Assembly (NCBI GenBank): GCA_028869995.1
Contig: JAGWQN010000093.1
Location: 81,336-145,335 of the forward strand
Reading direction: 5' to 3'
DNA: 64,000 bases
From: Rhodospirillales bacterium
GTDB taxonomy: Bacteria > Pseudomonadota > Alphaproteobacteria > Acetobacterales > Acetobacteraceae
Below are positions 58,320 through 64,000 of the stretch, one piece after another (within the stretch, counting starts at the first letter, position 1; the number at the start of each line of letters is the position of its first letter). Position numbers and translations under genes: made by a program. The notes beneath the pieces were generated by a model, which did not search any database, was not told the origin of the DNA, and saw only the letters and a program-made list of their open reading frames with translations.

Positions 58320-58484
58320 TCAGCGCCGGCCGTTCCTGCGGACCCAGGCCCGAACCTGGGCACCGACGCGTCCGCGCATGAGAAACGCGCCCGCCACGGC
58401 GAGGATCGCGACGACCCACAGCGCCTCGAGCGAGCCATTGCCGTGATCTGGGCTGATGCCGAACCAAGCCTCGAAGAAATCCAT
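58320..58484 (-). CDS. Small hypothetical membrane protein (54 aa)
   Basis: MDFFEAWFGISPDHGNGSLEALWVVAILAVAGAFLMRGRVGAQVRAWVRRNGRR has an N-terminal FGxSPDxGxGSxE-like motif, one TM helix and a basic tail. From memory, this pattern recurs in unannotated small proteobacterial ORFs. The ATG at 58482-58484 is preferred to the 98-aa track ORF. Confidence 0.45.
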   Translation of the reverse strand: MDFFEAWFGISPDHGNGSLEALWVVAILAVAGAFLMRGRVGAQVRAWVRRNGRR

Positions 58485-58731
58485 CGACGCGCTCCCTTGT
58501 GCGAGCAAAGTTTCATCCACGTCGACGGATCTGTCCAGCCGTGATCGGAGCGGCCGGGCCGATCCCCGTACCCAGATGAAGCGTCGGTAAGCTTTGCGAT
58601 TTTGTCGCATCAGCATTGACCGTCAAACGGGTTTCTGCTTGGGTTTTGTTCAGCCGACGCCTCCGCGGTCCGGCGGTAGGGGTTCAAGCCCCGGCCGATT
58701 CGCGCGAACGACGAAGCGGCAGAATGAACGC

Positions 58732-60534
58732 ATGGGGGCTATCATGAATGAATCCGATCTGCGCCGCCTTATCAGCAATGTGAAGCGTGGGCGGCTGTCG
58801 CGCCGCGGCTTCATCCAGCGCATGGCCGCGGTCGGCATAGCGGCGCCCTTCGCCAACCAGATCCTGTCGCTGAGCGGCGTGGCGATGGCGGCAACGCCGT
58901 TCACCTACAAGCCCACCAAGCGCGGCGGCGGCGGCACGCTGAAGCTGCTGTGGTGGCAGGCGCCGACCCTGCTCAATCCGCATTTTGCAACCGGGACCAA
59001 AGACCAGGACGGCAGCCGCATCTTCTACGAACCGCTGGCCGGCTGGGATGCCGAGGGCAACCTGGTGCCGCAACTGGCGGCGGAAATCCCGAGCCTGGAG
59101 AACGGCGGCGTCGCCAAGGACGGCAAGTCCGTGACCTGGAAACTCAAGAAGGGCGTGAAGTGGCACGACGGACAGCCCTTCACCGCCGATGACGTCGTGT
59201 TCAACTGGGAATACGCGAGCAACCCCGCGACCGCGGCGGTGACCTCGGGCAGCTACACGTATAACAAGGCGATCAAAGTCGACGACTACACGGTGCGCGT
59301 CGAGTTCAACAGGCCGACGCCCTTCTGGGCCGATCCCTTCGTCGGTGCGCTGGGCATGCTGATCCCCAAGCACATCTTCGCGCCCTTCATCGGCGCCAAG
59401 GCGCACGCGGCTCCGGCGAACCTCAAGCCGGTCGGTACCGGGCCCTTTAAGTTCAAGGACTTCCGTCCCGGCGAATACGTCTCCGCCGTGATCAACACCG
59501 ACTATCACGAGCCCAACAAGCCCTATTTCGACGCGCTGGAGATGAAGGGCGGTGGTGATGCGACCTCCGCGGCCCGCGCCGTCCTGGAAACGGGCGAATA
59601 TGATTATGCGTGGAACCTTCAGGTCGAATGGCGAATTCTGCAGCAGTTCGAAAAGGCCGGCAAAGGTGCCATTCAGCTGGTCTCGAGCGCCAACGTCGAG
59701 CATATCCAGCTCAACAACACTGACCCCAACAAGGTCGTGGATGGCGAACGTTCGAGCATCAAGACCAAGCACCCCACGCTCACGGACCCGGCCGTCCGCA
59801 AGGCTCTTTCGCTGCTGATCGATAAGAAGGCCGTCCAGGACTACATCTACGGCCCCGAGGCGGTTGCAACACCGAACTACATCAACGCGCCGCCGCGGGA
59901 CTATTCGAAGAATACCCATTGGGAATTCAACGTCGCCAAGGCCAACGAAATCCTGGACAAGGCGGGCTACAAAAAGGGCTCGGACGGCATCCGCGCGAAG
60001 GACGGCCACAAGCTCAAATACGTCTTCCAGACCTCGATCAACGGCCCGCGCCAGAAGAACCAGGAAATCGTCAAGCAGGCCTGTGCCAAGGCCGGCATCG
60101 CGATCGACATCAAGGCAATCCCGGCTACGGTGTTCTTCAGTTCCGACCTCGGCAACCCCGACACCTATCCGAAATTCTATGCCGACCTGCAGATGTACAC
60201 GACGGGGAGCAATGTCCCGGATCCGTGGCAGTGGATGAAGTCCTTCGTGTCCACCGAGGCGGCGCAGAAATCCAACAACTGGGAAGGCCGCAACATCACG
60301 CGCTGGAATAATGCGGAATACGACAAGATCTATGCGGAAGCTGGCGCCGAGATGGACCCGATCAAGCACACCGCGATGCTGATCAAGCTCAATGACCTCG
60401 TGGTGGATAACGTGGCCGTGATTCCCGAACTGCACCGCCAGAACGTCTCGGCGACGGCGAAGAACCTCGTCGTCCACCTCAGCGGCTGGGAGGACGATAT
60501 GTGGGACGTCGCCAGCTGGTACCGGAACGCCTGA
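58732..60534 (+). CDS. ABC transporter substrate-binding protein, family 5 (oligo/dipeptide type) with Tat-like signal
   Basis: RLSRRGFIQRMAAVGIAAPFANQILSLSGVAMA (twin-arginine-like) is followed by the family-5 pattern (WKLKKGVKWHDGQPFTADDVVFNWEY). Start at 58732 or 58744. Confidence 0.9.
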   Translation: MGAIMNESDLRRLISNVKRGRLSRRGFIQRMAAVGIAAPFANQILSLSGVAMAATPFTYKPTKRGGGGTLKLLWWQAPTLLNPHFATGTKDQDGSRIFYEPLAGWDAEGNLVPQLAAEIPSLENGGVAKDGKSVTWKLKKGVKWHDGQPFTADDVVFNWEYASNPATAAVTSGSYTYNKAIKVDDYTVRVEFNRPTPFWADPFVGALGMLIPKHIFAPFIGAKAHAAPANLKPVGTGPFKFKDFRPGEYVSAVINTDYHEPNKPYFDALEMKGGGDATSAARAVLETGEYDYAWNLQVEWRILQQFEKAGKGAIQLVSSANVEHIQLNNTDPNKVVDGERSSIKTKHPTLTDPAVRKALSLLIDKKAVQDYIYGPEAVATPNYINAPPRDYSKNTHWEFNVAKANEILDKAGYKKGSDGIRAKDGHKLKYVFQTSINGPRQKNQEIVKQACAKAGIAIDIKAIPATVFFSSDLGNPDTYPKFYADLQMYTTGSNVPDPWQWMKSFVSTEAAQKSNNWEGRNITRWNNAEYDKIYAEAGAEMDPIKHTAMLIKLNDLVVDNVAVIPELHRQNVSATAKNLVVHLSGWEDDMWDVASWYRNA

Positions 60535-60571
60535 CGACCTTGGCGCGCGACACGGCTGAAGGAACGGGCTG

Positions 60572-61534
60572 ATGTCGCGCGCCTACCTTCTCCGGCGAAC
60601 CCTGATCGCGATCCCGAGCCTGCTCGGGATCAGCATCATCATCTTCTCCATCCTGGCCGCGGCGCCAGGTGATCCGTTCGGGCAGCTGGTGACGAACCCG
60701 AACGTTCCGCCGGCGGTGATTGCGAAGCTGCGCGCGAGCCTCGGCCTCAATCAGCCGATCTGGCTGCGATATATCCACTGGCTCGTGGCCATGCTGCACG
60801 GCGAGTGGGGATTCTCCTTTGCAAGCCGCATGGATGTGGCAACGCTGATCATGCAGCGCCTGTCGGTCACGATTGCGGTGCTGGGTTCAGCGGAGATCCT
60901 GGCGATCCTGATCGCGGTCCCCGTCGGCATCCTTGCGGCGGTCAGGCCCTATTCGTTGTTCGACCAGATCGCCAGCACCGCCGCCTACATCGGCGTCGCG
61001 ATGCCCACCTTCTTCACCGGCCTGCTGCTGATTTTCCTCTTCAGCGTCCGGCTGCATCTGCTGCCGTTCGTCTTTCAGGATCATGTCGCGGGGACAGGTC
61101 TGGTTTGGCTCGGGGCGGAGATCAAGCAATCCATCATGCCTGTCGCGGTGCTGGCCCTTTTCCAGGGTGCGCCGCTGGTGCGCTTCGTCCGCTCCTCGAT
61201 GCTCGACGTGATCCGTCTCGACTATGTCACCACAGCGCGCGCCAAGGGCATCGGGCGCCGGCGTGTCATCCTGCGCCATGTTGTGCGCAACGGGCTCATC
61301 CCCGTCGTCACGCTCGTCGCCCTGCAGCTTCCCGGCGTCTTCGGCGGCGCCATCATCACCGAGCAGATTTTTCGGGTCCCCGGCATGGGTTCCCTGCTCA
61401 TATCCGCTCTCCTCGACAACGATACTCCCGTCATCATGGCGATCACCTTTGTCTTCGCGATTCTGGTGATCATCTTCAATCTTATCGCGGACCTGCTGTA
61501 TGGCTGGCTCGACCCCCGTATCAATCTCCGCTGA
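60572..61534 (+). CDS. ABC transporter permease (OppB/DppB-like)
   Basis: MSRAYLLRRTLIAIPSLLGISIIIFSIL, LGLNQPIWLRYIHW, YVTTARAKGIG. Confidence 0.92.
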   Translation: MSRAYLLRRTLIAIPSLLGISIIIFSILAAAPGDPFGQLVTNPNVPPAVIAKLRASLGLNQPIWLRYIHWLVAMLHGEWGFSFASRMDVATLIMQRLSVTIAVLGSAEILAILIAVPVGILAAVRPYSLFDQIASTAAYIGVAMPTFFTGLLLIFLFSVRLHLLPFVFQDHVAGTGLVWLGAEIKQSIMPVAVLALFQGAPLVRFVRSSMLDVIRLDYVTTARAKGIGRRRVILRHVVRNGLIPVVTLVALQLPGVFGGAIITEQIFRVPGMGSLLISALLDNDTPVIMAITFVFAILVIIFNLIADLLYGWLDPRINLR

Positions 61535-61556
61535 TCTGCCCGCTCCGGCGGAGGTC

Positions 61557-62441
61557 ATGTCACGGCCGACGACGCTCGGCCAGGACGCCTGGCGGCGTTT
61601 TCGTCGCCACCGGCTTGCCGTGGTCGGCCTGGTGGTGCTGGCGGTCATCGTCGCTATGGTGGTGCTCGGCAGCTTTCTCTGGCCGATCCCGATGAGCGCG
61701 ATCGACTATGCGGCAAGCCTCTCGCCGCCTTCGTTCGCCCATCCCTTCGGTACCGACGACCTCGGTCACGATCTGCTGGCGCGCATGATCTTCGGCGGGC
61801 GCATTTCGCTGGCCGTCGGCCTCGCCGCCATGCTGATCGCGGTCGGTTTTGGGGTCTTGGTCGGTGCCGTCGCGGGCTCCGCCGGCGGTCGCGTCGATAC
61901 CGCGCTGATGTGGGTGACCGACCTCTTCCTTGCCTTGCCGCAGTTGCCGCTGCTGCTTCTGATCATCTACCTGTTCCGTGACACGCTCCAGCGCATGCTC
62001 GGCGAACAGGGCGGGATCTTTCTCATCGTCGTCGTGGTCATTGGCGCGCTGCGCTGGATGTCGATCGCCCGCCTGGTGCGCGCGCAGATCTTTTCGCTGC
62101 GTGAGAAGGAGTTCGTCGAAGCCGCGAGGGCGCTGGGAGCGTCGCGGCTGCGCGAGGTCGTGCGCCACATCCTGCCGAACACGCTCGGCCCGATCATCGT
62201 CGCCGCCACGATCGAGGTCGCCAACGCCATCATCGCCGAGTCAACGCTCTCCTTCCTCGGGCTTGGCTTTCCACCCGACATCCCGACCTGGGGGCGCCTT
62301 CTCTATGACGGCCAGAACTACCTCGACCTTGCACCGCAATGGGCGCTGTTCCCAGGCTTGGCGATCTTCCTCACCGTTCTGGCCATCAGCTTCCTGGGCG
62401 ATGGATTACGCGACGCCTTCGATCCGCGCCGGGTGCTCTGA
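61557..62441 (+). CDS. ABC transporter permease (OppC/DppC-like)
   Basis: The ATG at 61557 is preceded by GGAGG. HPFGTDDLGHDLLARMIFGGRISL, EFVEAARALGAS. Confidence 0.92.
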   Translation: MSRPTTLGQDAWRRFRRHRLAVVGLVVLAVIVAMVVLGSFLWPIPMSAIDYAASLSPPSFAHPFGTDDLGHDLLARMIFGGRISLAVGLAAMLIAVGFGVLVGAVAGSAGGRVDTALMWVTDLFLALPQLPLLLLIIYLFRDTLQRMLGEQGGIFLIVVVVIGALRWMSIARLVRAQIFSLREKEFVEAARALGASRLREVVRHILPNTLGPIIVAATIEVANAIIAESTLSFLGLGFPPDIPTWGRLLYDGQNYLDLAPQWALFPGLAIFLTVLAISFLGDGLRDAFDPRRVL

Positions 62442-62447
62442 GGCGAC

Positions 62448-63419
62448 ATGACCGAGACGATCCTCGATATTCGTGAGCTCAGAACCTGGTTCAAGACCGA
62501 TGAGGGACTGGTCCGCGCCGTTGATGGCGTGAGCATGCACATCGACGCCGGCGAGACACTCGCCGTGGTGGGCGAGTCCGGTTGCGGTAAGTCGGTCACC
62601 GCCAAAAGCGTGCTGCATCTGCTCGATATGCCCCCCGGACGTTTCGCGGGTGGGCAGATTCTCTGGCGCGGACGGGATCTCATCCCACTCTCCGAGGATG
62701 AGATGGATGCCGTGCGCGCCAAGGACATCGCGATGGTCTTCCAGGAGCCGATGACCTCGCTCAACCCCGTCTATTCCGTTGGCGAACAGATCGCGGAAGC
62801 GTTGCGGACGCACGAAAAGCTGGGGCGCGCCGCGGCCCTGCAACGTGCCGAGGAAATGCTGACCCTGGTGCAGATTCCCAACCCCGGCAGGCGGCTGCAC
62901 GACTACCCGCATCAATTCTCGGGCGGCATGCGCCAGCGGGTGATGATTGCGATGGCGCTCGCCTGCCGACCCAAACTATTGATCGCAGACGAACCGACCA
63001 CCGCGCTCGACGTCACCATCCAGGCGCAGATCCTCGAGTTGCTCGCCGACATGAAGAGCCGGTTCGGCATGGCGATCATGCTCATCACCCACGCCATGGG
63101 CGTCGTCGCCGAACAGGCGCAACGCGTCGTGGTGATGTATGCGGGAAAAGTGGTCGAAGAAGCTCCGGTCGAAGAGCTGTTCGCCAACGCTCGCCATCCC
63201 TACACGCAGGGCCTGATCCGCTCCATCCCGCGCATGGATGCGGACCGGCACAGGCAGAAGCGGCTGGAGCAGATTCCGGGGACGGTGCCGAACCTGCTGC
63301 ATCCCCCGCCTGGCTGCCGCTTCGCGCCGCGCTGCAGCTTCGCAACCGAACGCTGTACAGCCGCCGAACCCGCCTTGCGCGCTGTTGGGCCGGCCCACAA
63401 GGTGGCGTGCGTGCTGTGA
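62448..63419 (+). CDS. ABC transporter ATP-binding protein (OppD/DppD-like, with C-terminal oligopeptide-type extension)
   Basis: Walker A GESGCGKS, signature FSGGMRQRV, Walker [14 protein letters not shown]-terminal [12 protein letters not shown]...[17 protein letters not shown]. Confidence 0.93.
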   Translation: MTETILDIRELRTWFKTDEGLVRAVDGVSMHIDAGETLAVVGESGCGKSVTAKSVLHLLDMPPGRFAGGQILWRGRDLIPLSEDEMDAVRAKDIAMVFQEPMTSLNPVYSVGEQIAEALRTHEKLGRAAALQRAEEMLTLVQIPNPGRRLHDYPHQFSGGMRQRVMIAMALACRPKLLIADEPTTALDVTIQAQILELLADMKSRFGMAIMLITHAMGVVAEQAQRVVVMYAGKVVEEAPVEELFANARHPYTQGLIRSIPRMDADRHRQKRLEQIPGTVPNLLHPPPGCRFAPRCSFATERCTAAEPALRAVGPAHKVACVL

Positions 63420-64000
63420 GCGAAACACCCCTCCTGCGCGTGCGCGACTTGCGCAAGCACTTCCCGATCACCGGCGGCGTGCTCGCGCGTGAGGTGGCAC
63501 GCGTGCACGCGGTGGACGGCGTCAGCTTCGATATCGATGAAGGCGAAACGCTGGGCCTGGTCGGCGAGTCGGGTTGCGGCAAATCGACCACCGGTCGGTG
63601 CATCCTGCGCCTGATCGAGCCCAGTGGCGGCGAGGTTCTGTTCCGCGGCGAGAATGTCAGGCAGCTCGATCGCCAGGCCCTGCGCTCGCTTCGGCGGGAT
63701 ATGCAGATCATCTTCCAGGATCCGTTCGCATCGCTCAATCCGCGCCATACGGTCGGCGGCATCATCGGCGAGGCGCTGGACATCCATAAGCTCGCGAAGT
63801 CGCGCACGGAGCGCGAGGCACGCATCGTCGAGCTGCTGGAAACCGTGGGCCTGCGTCCTGACCACATGCGTCGGTTTCCGCACGAATTCTCGGGCGGCCA
63901 ACGTCAGCGCATCGGTATCGCCCGCGCCCTCGCGGTCGAACCTCGGCTTATCGTTTGCGATGAGCCGGTCTCAGCACTCGACGTGTCGATCCAGGCTCAG
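63416..64000 (+). CDS. ABC transporter ATP-binding protein (OppF/DppF-like), 3' end outside the window
   Basis: The GTG at 63416 overlaps the upstream stop (GTGA). Translation [58 protein letters not shown]...[15 protein letters not shown]...CDEPVSALD is open to the window end. Confidence 0.9.
   Translation, partial: MSETPLLRVRDLRKHFPITGGVLAREVARVHAVDGVSFDIDEGETLGLVGESGCGKSTTGRCILRLIEPSGGEVLFRGENVRQLDRQALRSLRRDMQIIFQDPFASLNPRHTVGGIIGEALDIHKLAKSRTEREARIVELLETVGLRPDHMRRFPHEFSGGQRQRIGIARALAVEPRLIVCDEPVSALDVSIQAQ

Noticed and set aside
58679-58692. tRNA T-arm-like motif GGGGTTCAAGCCCC
   Set aside because: The stem is only 4 bp with a 6-nt loop. No matching acceptor stem (the complement of the 3' flank ggccgat is absent upstream), D-arm or anticodon arm can be built. 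It is not a tRNA or an obvious tRNA remnant.
58684-60477. Minus-strand 597-aa ORF opposite the second binding-protein gene
   Set aside because: It is antisense to a gene with a clear Tat-like signal and a family-5 binding-protein pattern. It has shadow-ORF composition.

Overview
High-GC chromosomal core region around dnaA, with content and synteny that look alphaproteobacterial (Acetobacteraceae/Rhodospirillales-like; this is inference). I support about 48 protein genes and found no rRNA, tRNA, CRISPR array, transposase or integrase. Left to right: the 3' end of a family-5 ABC binding protein; a 1,847-aa repeat protein ending in a Hint/bacterial-intein-like domain; a DinG/XPD-like helicase; class-I lysyl-tRNA synthetase followed 12 nt later by an MprF-like membrane protein; cspA; an amidohydrolase; coaE-dnaQ; a HugZ/PNPOx-like gene; chvI-chvG; the minus-strand block gyrB-recF-dnaN-dnaA; rpsT; an enoyl-CoA hydratase; mutM; ubiE-coaBC-dut; a binding-protein-less NitT/TauT-type ABC pair; a five-gene peptide/nickel-type ABC importer coupled to a CocE/NonD hydrolase; an eight-gene flagellar operon fliF-fliG-fliH/flbE-fliN-flbD-flhA-flhF-flhG; maeB; mutS-glnD; two small hypothetical genes; and a second Opp/Dpp-type importer that runs off the right edge. 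Many long ORFs in the supplied track lie antisense to or out of frame with these genes. I treat them as high-GC shadow ORFs. Most of the window is ordinary housekeeping DNA. The items most worth a second look are the orphan tri-modular Hint-domain giant protein and its uncharacterised C-terminal domain, the lysK/MprF-like pair whose synthase domain looks truncated, and the sharply AT-rich island upstream of dnaA. None of these is a demonstrated new system.
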